This document shows, piece by piece, positions 52,871 through 64,000 of a stretch of DNA of 64,000 nt. The stretch covers positions 160,432,722 to 160,496,721 of the forward strand of contig NC_068981.1 in NCBI RefSeq assembly GCF_001194135.2, given 5' to 3'. Source of the stretch: Octopus bimaculoides. Its lineage: Eukaryota. The position numbers were made by a program, and so were the translations under genes. The notes under the pieces are model-generated. The model was not told where the DNA came from. It searched no databases and saw only the letters and a program-made list of their open reading frames with translations. Numbering within the stretch: the first letter of the stretch is position 1; every line of letters starts with the position of its first letter.

Positions 52871-54198
52871 GTAAGTAATTATTTTAAACAATTTTTAGTT
52901 TCTTTTTAAATTATGAAATACTAGATAATATTTAGGAAATGTTAAAATTTGATCAAAATTTTTGGCCATGTTTTGTTTTTTGTTTTTGTCTAGCTTAAGC
53001 TATTTAACTTCCAGTTTAAATTCTCCATGACAGATGATCTTTAGTTTATTAGAATTACAGGAGTATATTTCAGTTTAACCTTTTAGCATTTAAACCAGGG
53101 TCATTCCATGTCAAATCACCCCTCAGACTCCCCTAAAAAATATTCATACTAGCTCCTGTACCTATATGATGGAAAAATATCAAGTATTAGATCAATTCCT
53201 TTGATGGTTGTGTAATTGTAGGCCTTTATAATATTAATTAATTTTACATTTTTTGGTGAATGAGTCTCTCAGACCAACTTGAGACAGCCATTTTCCCTCT
53301 AATATGGCAAGCACAACTTTGAAATCATGTGTTTGGGGCTAACTTTTTTCTGTAGAGTTCAAATATCTTATCAAATCATGTGTATCTTGTATATTTTTCC
53401 ATCTACAGGTCTCTGAAAATTGCCAAGAATTAAACATACAGCAAATGTATGCCTCTTTTAGGTATTTTTATCTCAATAAGTACACTAGATAAAGCAACCA
53501 CATTATTTTCCCCTGTTATTTAGCATATAGTAGACCATTTCTGAGCAGTAACCATGTTAGTTACTATTACGGGAGTGTCAGAATAATTTTTTGAAATATG
53601 TGTGATTTCAAAATTTCTCAAAAATCGTCCATTTTGATGCCCTTGGTTGACCATGTGGCCAGTTCACTATCATTTTTTAAATTTTTCCCATGCATTCTTA
53701 TATTTCTGAAGATGATGTGACAGAAATTTGGTTTTGTTGTTGAGCTTCTTTTCAGAGTTGTAAATTTTTAGAAATTCAGTTGTCAGCACTTTGTACACGA
53801 TCAACTTATTTATAAAGCATGGATATAAAACAGCATATTATCCATCAGTGGATGTTTATTTATACTATATATATATATGTATAATATTGGTTTCAAATTT
53901 TGGCACAAGGCCAACAATTTTGGGGGAGGGGGTAAGCCGATTACATCAACCCCAGTACTCAACTGGTACTTATTTTATCAACCTGAAAGGATGGAAGGCA
54001 AAGTCGAACTCAAAACATAAAGACGGATGATATACCGCTGAACATTTTGCCAAGTGTGCTTACGATTCTGCCTGCTTGGCGCCTAAAACTCGGAGTTTTA
54101 TCATGGCTACAGAATAATTGTCACATATTATTTTCAGATAAATTCCTCTATTTACATAATATCAAGGTCTCTTTCTTTTGTTGTCTTACCATTTCTAT

Positions 54199-54229
<31 letters not shown>

Positions 54230-55109
54230 NNNNNNNNNNNNNNNNNNNNNNNNNNNNNNNNNNNNNNNNNNNNNNNNNNNNNNNNNNNNNNNNNNNNNNN
54301 NNNNNNNNNNNNNNNNNNNNNNNNNNNNNNNNNNNNNNNNNNNNNNNNNNNNNNNNNNNNNNNNNNNNNNNNNNNNNNNNNNNNNNNNNNNNNNNNNNNN
54401 NNNNNNNNNNNNNNNNNNNNNNNNNNNNNNNNNNNNNNNNNNNNNNNNNNNNNNNNNNNNNNNNNNNNNNNNNNNNNNNNNNNNNNNNNNNNNNNNNNNN
54501 NNNNNNNNNNNNNNNNNNNNNNNNNNNNNNNNNNNNNNNNNNNNNNNNNNNNNNNNNNNNNNNNNNNNNNNNNNNNNNNNNNNNNNNNNNNNNNNNNNNN
54601 NNNNNNNNNNNNNNNNNNNNNNNNNNNNNNNNNNNNNNNNNNNNNNNNNNNNNNNNNNNNNNNNNNNNNNNNNNNNNNNNNNNNNNNNNNNNNNNNNNNN
54701 NNNNNNNNNNNNNNNNNNNNNNNNNNNNNNNNNNNNNNNNNNNNNNNNNNNNNNNNNNNNNNNNNNNNNNNNNNNNNNNNNNNNNNNNNNNNNNNNNNNN
54801 NNNNNNNNNNNNNNNNNNNNNNNNNNNNNNNNNNNNNNNNNNNNNNNNNNNNNNNNNNNNNNNNNNNNNNNNNNNNNNNNNNNNNNNNNNNNNNNNNNNN
54901 NNNNNNNNNNNNNNNNNNNNNNNNNNNNNNNNNNNNNNNNNNNNNNNNNNNNNNNNNNNNNNNNNNNNNNNNNNNNNNNNNNNNNNNNNNNNNNNNNNNN
55001 NNNNNNNNNNNNNNNNNNNNNNNNNNNNNNNNNNNNNNNNNNNNNNNNNNNNNNNNNNNNNNNNNNNNNNNNNNNNNNNNNNNNNNNNNNNNNNNNNNNN
55101 NNNNNNNNN

Positions 55110-55290
55110 GGTGGCACGGAAAAGCACCGACTACACTCTCGGAGTGGTTGGCGTTAGGAAGGGCATCCAGCTGTAGAAACTCTGCCAAATCAGCTTGGTG
55201 CCTGGTGTAGCCATCTGGTTTCACCAGTCCTCAGTCAAATCGTCCAACCAATGCTAGCATGGAAAGCAGACGTTAAACGATGATGATGGT
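55110..55290 (+). mobile_element. RTE-family 3' tail emerging from an N-gap
   Basis: GAGTGGTTGGCGTTAGGAAGGGCATCCAGC...GCATGGAAAGCAGACGTTAAACGATGATGATG. Confidence 0.8.
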
Positions 55291-58200
55291 ATATATATAT
55301 ATATATTTTTAAATTTATTAATAAGGGTAGAAATTGATATTAATCAATTAAAACCAGTAGTCTAGCATATTAAAAAAATTTGAAGATTAAAATTATATTA
55401 CATACAAAAATAAGAGGAATGACCATGTTGTGTCACTAAATTTTTATTGAGAACATATTTTTCGACCCCAGGATTTATTCTTTGTCAGCCTAGTACTTAC
55501 TCTATCGGTCTCTTTTGCCAAACCGCTCAGTTACAGGGACGTAAGCACACCAGCATCGGTTGTCAAGTGATGTTGGTGGGGGGGACAAACATAGACATAG
55601 AAACATATACACACACACATATATACGATAGTTTTCTTTCAGTTTCCTTAAACCAAATCCACTCACAAGGCTATATAAGACACTTGCCCAAGGTGCCACG
55701 CAGTGGGACTGTACCTGGAACCATGTGGTTCGTAAGCAAGCCACTCCTACGCCTATATATTTATTGAAAAAGAAATGATTCTCTGATTTTTCTGCTCTCA
55801 CTAACTAGCATTGTCTACTGTACTAAGCTGGTCGTTTGGCTTTTCAACACTAGACCGGTTTGCAAATTTTCAGCAACTCCTCAGCTGTTTTTTTCAAGGA
55901 GTTAATTAGGAAATTGCTACCGACTTTTAATATTTGGTTATAAATAACTTTAAATTATCTCAAAATTCCTTGGACGTAATTTCTCTAAAGGGCAGATAAA
56001 AGAAACAGTAGAGAGTTATTGCCCTTAGACAAAGCAGTCGGTTGCCGAATGAACTAAATTAGATGTAATCTTTATCAAAAATAATTTTATACCATTTATA
56101 TTTGAATCATTTTAAATATGAAACTAGACTCTTAATTTCATTTAAAACGATATATGTATATGTTTACATTAGCACACCTTTCTGATTAGCAATTATTGGC
56201 ACTGCAAGCAGGTATCCTGTTATATTTTAACACGAATATCAAAGAATCTTACAGATCAAAATTGACTCTACAAGCCTTTATCTAGAATTCCTGAAAGTTG
56301 AATTGAGAGCCAGAAACTAATTTGGTTAATCTGAGTAACTAAGAATTTAGTATGGCCATTATATATTCAAACAAATTGTGTAAAACTTCATGTATGATAA
56401 TGTGCTTAAAACATTTGATATTACTTTAAGCACTCCAATTGGAGTTTTGATTTTATACAATATTCAATTTGGACTTTTCTGCTCCACCCCCAATTAGTTT
56501 CTCATGTTGATGTCATCCAAGCCTACTTTGTAGCTTCGTACTAGTTCCATCCCTATAGTCTGTATGTTATTCCTTCCAACATCTAAATTATAGTGTTTAA
56601 AAAAAAATTTGTCATAGTACATTGCTCGGCTGAAACTGGCTCTGTAATACAAATGTCTTGTTTGCATAAGTTTTGAATTAAAATCTTCCACCAAACCTTA
56701 GTCACAATTTATGTTCCTAAAACTAAGCTGAATGATAATTAAGTTATTTTACTAAATTCTTTGTTATATTTAAAATTAATTGAAATAAATACAGTAACAA
56801 AAGGGTTAACATTCCTTTACCTGCCTGTGTAAGACTGCCACCTGTTTTGCAATATATAAAGTGTAAACTGGTGTTAAGTACCGAATTGAATTTTGCTTTG
56901 TATATTCCTTCATATGTAACATTCACATCTTGTTGATGTGGATGTTATGAAAAGCTTCACTTTTCTTTTATTCTTTACGTTACAAAATATAAACATAACA
57001 AGAGTAGAAATATTTGGAGAATTTTATTTATAAAAGTGCAAAAATAGGTATTTTTAAATATGTTCCAGTAATTGATATAAACTAAAAAATAAATAAACTT
57101 TACAATTGACAAAAGAAATTCAACTGATTTTTTTGAAGAGATCCCCAAATATTTGAATCTTAAACATATAATAGTGTGACATGAAGGAAAAAATGAAAAA
57201 GATATTAAATATTGCCACTATCCCATCAAATTGTTTTTTTTTTACAAAAAAAAAAAAATTCTACATAATATTCAGTTTCTTATTAAGTTGTAATCTGAAT
57301 ACAAAATCAAATTCATAAATTAGTACAAAAGTTTCTAAGAAGAGAAAGTTAGAAAAGGCTAGTAATTGTCACTAGCCTTTTTACCAGTCTTGAAAAGTGT
57401 ACATTACTTAATAAGGGATGGGGAAATGCAAATAAAAAGGGATATGTCCTAGCTGATAAGCCTAAAGCAGCAGAACAGTTGATCAAAGTACTCGTCAATC
57501 CCTTAAGCCAAACTCAAGCAGATGATGATATGAAGTGGAATGCCACTTATGAAGAAATATCACAGATACACAACTGTTAATGGATTTGGGATTGCAGGTT
57601 TAGAGGACAGAAATTTTGACAAATAAATCTAATTAAGACAAAGAAACGACAATAAAGAGGATGACAAATGTCCAGATACTTGAATACTGTTAGTATTTTG
57701 TTTCAAGTTTTCTGTGAATAAAAATGACTAGGTTCACTCACAAAATTCCACCGCTAATGATAGCTTTTGAAAAAAAGAAAGAAAATGGGGGGGGGAAAAA
57801 AAGGGAGAGTTTCAATATTAATGTTCTATTATATACAAGAATGTCTTCTCTATCTCCCATCCGAACCCACAGAAACAGTATACAAAATTTTGGAAAAGAA
57901 AAAAAAAAACAGTATAAATACAAACACATTACAAAATATAAAATGAATTAGTATAAACATCAAAGAGCAAGAATAAATATAGTTGTATGAAGACAGTTGT
58001 TGAACATTCCCCATGCTTGACAGTCCTCATCACAACCATGTTGCCTCTTTCATACAGATTTACTGTCATGGAATCTTTGTCATAGCCAACAACTGAAATA
58101 AATCCTTGGCTGTCACAGTCAACATCCTTCTGTATTAAAAATCTGTTTAATGAAAGTATCTTCACCTTCACACCAGCTTTTTGTCAAAGATGTTTTTACC

Positions 58201-58502
58201 ACTTTACACCAACTCAATTCCTTCAGGTCTTTAACTGCCTGACTCTTTTGTCAGATCAATCATAGTTGTTTCATACCTTCATGGCATGTTAACTACCATT
58301 TCGTATCAGCTGAAATTTTTTTTTCATTCATTCATTCATTCTCAATTGCTTCAGTTTTTCACCAGCAAATTTCCCTTGAAGCCAGTTCATTTTTTCCATG
58401 TTATCTTACATGTCCAACAGATCCAAGGCATTTATTACAGTTTGATATTTCAAAGTTCATTACTTGGCCATATAAATAGCCTATGTGCCATATTTTTCAG
58501 TC

Positions 58503-58613
58503 TTAAATTTCTATATTTGATAGATTGCTAAGAGTTTGATTATGGCTTGCATTCTTTCGATCCTGATTTTGTACAATGAAATTGCTGTAGACTTTTTGTC
58601 GTTTCTTTTTAAT
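58503..58613 (-). CDS. Lectin-CUB membrane protein, last coding exon: cytoplasmic tail IKKKRQKVYSNFIVQNQDRKNASHNQTLSNLSNIEI-stop
   Basis: ttttattttcAG acceptor. Phase 0 matches the TM exon. A basic KKKR stop-transfer cluster follows the TM. TAA at 58505-58503. Confidence 0.8.
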   Translation of the reverse strand: MKKKRQKVYSNFIVQNQDRKNASHNQTLSNLSNIEI

Positions 58614-58869
58614 CTGAAAATAAAAAGTTAAAAAACATGAACTGGCAGGAAAGAAACGCCACTGATACATACAAATACTCTTACAGTACTAGTTTTGTTT
58701 CCTTCATAAACAAATCCATCTTAGAGTGGTGTGGTAGTTAGTTTCTTATATAAACATACTTTTCCATGCTTACATGAATTGTAGAAAATATACATTGGTG
58801 TGGGATCACACCCTTGATGGAAATGGCCCAGCTCAGTATGTAGGAAAAGTGCAGTTAGAAATTATGGGT

Positions 58870-59150
58870 CATAATTATGCAGAGAATATGTGAAGACTAG
58901 AAAAAATTAAACTAGGATGCTCCACTGAATGTGCAATGTCAGTATGCATTTACAACACAATCAAATGTAGTGTTCAAGAAAGAAGACTGTACTGGTATGG
59001 TCATGTGATGAGCATGGATGAGGACAGCTCTATAAAGAAATGCTGATCAGTAAATGTGGGTGAAACATGAAAAAGAGGGAGAGCAGGAAGACACGGGACA
59101 AAAGTAGTGAAGACTGATCTCAAAATGTTGAACCTCACAGGAAATGCTTG
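58870..59150 (+). mobile_element. RTE LINE C-terminal remnant within the last intron of the lectin-CUB gene
   Basis: VQERRLYWYGHVMSMDEDSSIKKC parallels the 30081-30388 element. Confidence 0.7.
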
Positions 59151-60581
59151 ACAATTTGCTGTTCATCTTATTGAAAGTGAGGCCCTAAAAATCATTGTCT
59201 ATACATTCACTGGGCCCTATTCTCAGTTTGTCCCCATCAAGCCTTCCTCATCTTCCTAATACCCATCCATCCATAGCACTGTCCAACTGCTGTAACCGGG
59301 TGAGTATAAGCCGCACGTAATTCATCTCTACTTTGTACTACCAGTTACCTCCCTTCTTCCTGGAACCACTTCCTTTTACAATCCATCCCTCATTCTGAAT
59401 ATCATCTCTTCCCCCCTTCATTTTCCACACCTCACTTATCTTGCCGTACCTCATCTTATCTGCTATCATTCTCGACACCCTCTCATATTTGCTGTCAACT
59501 TACCAACCCCTATAGTCATCTAAATACCCCTGACATCCCTCCATGTCACCCCACCTTGCACATCATCTTCCTATTTTGTAATCTATCTACAGGTATAGTT
59601 TACTACCACCTTCCACCTCTTTCCTGAACCACTATTTTTTTTTACATACTCCATTCACCACCTCTCTCTAACCATCTATTGCTCTCCTTTAATGAACTCA
59701 TCCACCCACCTTTCCCAATCCTTTGTATTATATACAGTGCTTGTATTTTGAGAGTACATTGACACTTCGTCACTTCTTTCCAGCTACTCTTATCTATTGT
59801 TATATAATACAGGGCAGCCATGTGTCTCCTCTATAGCACTTGGGCCTGTCCCTCTATCATACTTTAACTGCAATACCTGGCATAAAGCAACCTTTCTCTC
59901 TACAACCCCATTCAGCTGAGTGGGGGGGGGGTTGTGTATTACTTGGTGACTTGACTTGTGCCACTGTTACAAAAAAAGCACCCAGTATACTCTATAAAGT
60001 GGATGGTATTAAAAAGTGTATCCAGTTGTGGAAACCATGCCCAAACAGATACTGGAGCTCAGCAGTCTTGACTCACTGGATCCTGTCAAACTACCCAACA
60101 CATGCCAGCATGGAACACCAACATTAAATGATGACGATTTTAGTGCTTTTCTCTCATTCCTAACAAGACTATTATGTGTGTTGTGTGAACAAAAGTGGAT
60201 TGAGAGAAACTGCATGGAAGCTCATTGTATATACAATTCGAAAAGGTCTGACTGTCACATTAATTCTACTTGAAAACTTACATCAAGTACATATGGCTGT
60301 GGATACTCAGCTACTTACATGTTAATTCAATGAATGTGGTAGTTCATTTATTCAACAACTAAGTATTGATTTCATATTTTGGCACAAGGCCAGTAATCTC
60401 AGAGGAGCAGTTAAGTTGATTACATCGACCCCAATGCTCAACTGATACTTTATCAACCCCGAAGGGATAAAAGACAAAATACCACTAAGCATTTTGCCTG
60501 GTGTGCTGACAATTCTGCCAGCTTGGCACCTTAAAAACAACTAAAATATTAATGCTTAGAAATTTTGACCAAGATCCATTT

Positions 60582-60624
<43 letters not shown>

Positions 60625-60654
60625 CAACTATTACTGATTGAAAAGTATACTTAC

Positions 60655-60734
60655 TTGTATTTTGAATACCAGGAATATAAGGAATGTAATTAAAATAAAG
60701 AGAAGTGTGCCTATAACACCAGCTGTTGCAGCAA
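60655..60734 (-). CDS. Lectin-CUB membrane protein, coding exon 5: transmembrane helix (V)AATAGVIGTLLFILITFLIFLVFKIQ
   Basis: 80 nt, phase 1/0, tttctttctaacAG acceptor and GTAAGT donor. About 24 consecutive uncharged, mostly hydrophobic residues. Confidence 0.85.
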
Positions 60735-60899
60735 CTGTTAGAAAGAAAAAGAAAATATAATTAACCCACTGAATTTGAATTCTTTTAATATTATTAATTG
60801 CTATTCTACATAAACATTCTTGATATTGATCTTCAGTGTTCAAACTTTTATTTTATTTTTTTTTTATTAAAAATTTCAAAAAGAAGAATGGATATTTAC

Positions 60900-61091
60900 C
60901 GAAAATAACCGAATTGTTTACTTGCGGCTTTGGATCACTTTGATAGTGTTGATAGTTTTTAACAGTTGGATTTTCTGCTACTTTGGTGTTGCGTTCTGAT
61001 GCTATTAACTTAGGGCTGACAGGTCTCTCTGTTGTAGGATATTTTTTAGTTGGTTCTTTTGGAACTGGTGTACTTGCTAGTGGGGGGATAG
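60900..61091 (-). CDS. Lectin-CUB membrane protein, coding exon 4: Pro/Thr/Ser-rich stalk
   Basis: 192 nt, phase 1/1, atttcaaatAG acceptor and GTAAAT donor. Encodes IPPLASTPVPKEPTKKYPTTERPVSP...NNSVIF, in frame with the flanking exons. Confidence 0.8.
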
Positions 61092-61228
61092 CTATTTGAA
61101 ATAAATATATAAAGCTTAATCTTCTAAACAGTTTTAAAAGCCAATGAAAAATGAAAATATATCTATAGAATATTGTATCGGGCAATTTTTTTTTTCTTTT
61201 TTAATATTATAAGAACTTAAAAGCTTAC

Positions 61229-61576
61229 CTTCGTAATAAAGCCAAAGTCCTTTGCGCTTGCCTGCGCTTGCCATTGTCAGTGTTAAGTTTAACTCGTTTT
61301 TAGACGTGGGAAAACTTTTTTCATTTACACTTCGGTTGCATATTGTTATGGTGTTAACTCCCAAATTCAGAAACAGATAATCTGTACAGTTTTTATTTCG
61401 TTCACCTTTTAGATCGAGATCAAGTATATATAATTGAATTTTCCTATGAGGTTCCACTCTAATGTTCAAACTGCACGTGAACCGACCTTGAACATTGTTA
61501 GGGTAGCGATCACTAGAAATGTATCCACTTTGATCAGTGAGCTGTTTGGTGTTACAAATCGTTCTGATTTCAGATC
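61229..61576 (-). CDS. Lectin-CUB membrane protein, coding exon 3: CUB domain
   Basis: 348 nt, phase 1/1, ttcctcttaaAG acceptor and GTAAGC donor. CUB hallmarks: C..., SGYISSDRYPNN, CSLNI, IQLYILDLDL, C-DYL, TIC, LNLTL, GLWLYY. Four Cys. Confidence 0.9.
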
Positions 61577-62218
61577 CTTTAAGAGGAAAAAAATAAGATA
61601 AAGTTTTAAAAATAATAATTACAGTAAACATAACAATTAAGTTACTGCAAATAAATCATTGTTTATATATCCGTCACAAAGAACCAGGCGTTTAATGAAG
61701 CGCGATTAAAATTAACACTAATCTATATAGAACAGTCCTTAGCTTTGGTAGGATAAATATTCAATAATTATTTCATTTTTTCATAAAGGATCTAATTTGC
61801 CTTAATCTGCTAATGCTAAGTTGCTTTCACTCTTATCAGTCCCAGAAATAAATGTTTTATAGATATATATATATATATATATATATATAAACAAAACATC
61901 CCTATTGTTTTCACGTATCCAGAGAAGAGACAATGCTAGATTTTATCTCCTTTCCATTATCAGAAAGAAAGAAATGAATAGGTCTCGAATCTGAAGTAAC
62001 CACGTTCTTATATTTATTATTTCCCATAAATACAGACCAACATGCGAGGATTTGAAAACTGCTACGATAGTTAGAATCAATTTCTTAAGTTAGTAGCAAT
62101 TTAGTGGACAGCTTGTTTTAATTCGATAGCAATCGCAACATTGTATCATCAATAATAAATTTAACAAAAGTGATAGCTTATGTGAAAGGATCAGCAATAA
62201 AGTATTTATTTTACTCAC

Positions 62219-62494
62219 GCTTTACACATTGGTATTCCACTTGAAAATAATTGAAGTCACATTTCTTTGTTCTTCGACCAGTTTCTCTCGTGGGTAAGTT
62301 AACACGACAGGACTCCCGACCCATGCAAGGGTAGTTTTGTTCCTCCTCATGTGTACAGTCATTCTCTTCGTAGCTGCAGGCTCCCCTGCTGCTGTGACCA
62401 TAAAAACTCCTTAAAATGCGAACCATGTAACCGCTTGGACAAGTGGCGTTCAAAGAGTCCTTTTCGTCTTTAAAACAAGCGCTTACATTCAAAC
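62219..62494 (-). CDS. Lectin-CUB membrane protein, coding exon 2: SUEL/Gal_Lectin (rhamnose-binding-lectin-like) domain
   Basis: 276 nt, phase 1/1, tatttcctAG acceptor and GTGAGT donor. Eight Cys in SUEL-like spacing, with ATCPSGYMVRILRSFYG at the start and YFQVEYQC at the end. Confidence 0.85.
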
Positions 62495-62807
62495 CTAGGA
62501 AATAATATTGGGTTTTATTTTGGTTGTGAAAGAGACGGCATTGTTACTTTTAAGAAGATCGAAATTAAATATTTGATTATAAACAGAGGTTAAAAATATG
62601 AAATTTTGTTTAGATTCTTATATCAGTAGAAGCTTAATGCAAAGCATTATATATATATATTTATAGATAAATAAAAATAATAAAAAAATATGAAGTGCAG
62701 CTGTCCCAAGCAGCTTTAATAAGAATTTAAGAAATAATTTTTCCTTTATGCCTGTGTGTGTGTACGAAATTTTTAAAAAATATATTTGCAATGCATAAAC
62801 AACTCAC

Positions 62808-62883
62808 CTGCTACAAGATGACAGATATCAAAATAAAGAAACACTGGAAACAGCACAATTGCCCAGCTAAATAATCTTGCCAT
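62808..62883 (-). CDS. Lectin-CUB membrane protein, coding exon 1: signal peptide MARLFSWAIVLFPVFLYFDICHLVA
   Basis: ATG at 62883. The acceptor tttcctttcctgcAG 12 nt upstream places the exon start at 62895. Hydrophobic N-terminus. GTGAGT donor at 62807, phase 1. Confidence 0.85.
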
Positions 62884-63109
62884 GATTGCTAATTACTGCA
62901 GGAAAGGAAAAATAAAACAGAAAAAAAGGGAAGATTTTTTGAAAAATAATAATAACTCAATCCATTATTGAAACGCATCAGTCTCAATAATAGAGAAACA
63001 ACAAGTACAAAGGGAAACTGCAAGTACAAAGAAAGAGAAGCTGGTGTAATAATAATAGTTAGCTATGTCTCACAGCTGGACTGACGAGAGCTAGTACTAT
63101 AGAACGTAC

Positions 63110-63140
63110 CTGGAACCGTTGTTCATATATAATACACCTG
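63110..63140 (-). other. Probable 5'-UTR exon (3' edge) of the lectin-CUB gene
   Basis: Strong donor CCAG|GTACGT at 63110/63109, 214 nt upstream of the acceptor at 62896. The 5' boundary is uncertain (tandem CAGCAG or a transcription start). Confidence 0.4.
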
Positions 63141-63157
63141 CTGAAAATTATATGTAT

Positions 63158-63167
63158 CCTTTATATA
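63158..63167 (-). promoter_or_regulatory. Possible TATA box (TATATAAAGG) of the lectin-CUB gene
   Basis: Motif lies about 25-28 nt upstream of the TCAGCAG at 63143-63138. Weak evidence, because the region is AT-rich. Confidence 0.2.
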
Positions 63168-64000
63168 TCGGCTGAATTTCCCTCCAAAATATAGAAAGTC
63201 TACAAATATGAAACTAAATTCTCTAAGACTGCGACTTGCATAGAGTCAGGTTTCTGGAGCGTCGGCTTCTGGGGACAAAGAGCAGGAAGTGTACCATATG
63301 TGAGTGCTTAAGGGGGTTTAGAATATGTATCTTCGTAGAAAGAAGTTCATTGTGTTCAAATGTAAACAAAGTATTTTCATTGACTAATTACTCATCAAAG
63401 ACACCACGTTATTTACACTGACGACCGTCACTCTCTCTGCTAGCAGGTGCCATCATACTATAGAAGGCAGGCTATTTCTGTTGATATCTCTCCTTCCTCT
63501 ACCTCACAGTCTTCTCGTGCAGCTTGAGTTGATAGTGTGACCCGACATATGTTCGAGTTTGTTGCTTTCTTTCTGTTTAGACTCAACCATTACTACTAAA
63601 AGGGGATTTCTTATGCTCCCATCCCTCAACTGAAGCTTTCTAGTACTGTGGATGCTGAAATTCCAGCATTTCCATTGTTGAGACAAAATATATAAATAAA
63701 AAAGCAAAGCATTGAATATCATTACAGTATGAAAACGCATTTATATTTACATAGCATTAAAATAATTTTTTTTTTAATTAAATTATTTGTAAAAATTATT
63801 TTAGTCGCATGTACCTTGATGTAATCACCAAATTTTGCAAAAGTGAGATAAGATAAATGTTTAAATCGGTTTGATAACTGAAAATTAGCAATATATTACA
63901 AATTGTTTTTATTCGTTAGCAACAGAGGGATTTTTTAAAATCTACCTCGCTACGATTGCCTACCTACCCGCCAGTAGAAAAATGGAATAGCTCTAGAAAT

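Noticed and set aside
57929-58171. Protein-like 80-aa ORF on the - strand downstream of the lectin-CUB stop codon
   Set aside because: It has no convincing acceptor or recognisable motif and lies in the probable 3' UTR.
52871-58500. Search for the next ASCC3 exon (expected to begin ...SYY...)
   Set aside because: No matching exon was found in readable sequence. It may lie in the 54230-55109 gap or beyond the window.

Overview
AT-rich animal genomic DNA, with six assembly N-gaps and dense microsatellites. It is most likely from an octopus or other coleoid cephalopod; this is inferred from the SINE/LINE content and was not verified. Two protein-coding genes are supported. (1) On the + strand are four internal exons of ASCC3 (Ski2-like helicase, C-terminal helicase cassette): 6993-7130, 36147-36267, 47433-47565 and 52745-52870. 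They splice in frame across introns of 29.0, 11.2 and 5.2 kb, and the gene is incomplete at both ends of the window. (2) On the - strand is a complete, compact gene of about 360 aa with six coding exons (62883 to 58503). It encodes signal peptide, SUEL/Gal-lectin domain, CUB domain, Pro/Thr stalk, transmembrane helix and a short tail, and it appears to lie antisense inside an ASCC3 intron. The rest is transposon debris: several tRNA-headed SINE families, RTE, R4/Dong and L2/CR1-type LINE fragments, Tigger/pogo, hAT and DD37D Tc1/mariner remnants, and mariner-derived MITEs. It also contains a degenerate ~36-bp minisatellite and a foldback repeat. Most ORFs in the supplied track are microsatellite or N-gap artefacts. 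I found no CRISPR array, rRNA or genuine tRNA gene, and nothing I can support as a wholly new multi-gene system. The best novelty candidates are the nested lectin-CUB receptor and some unusual retroposition junctions.
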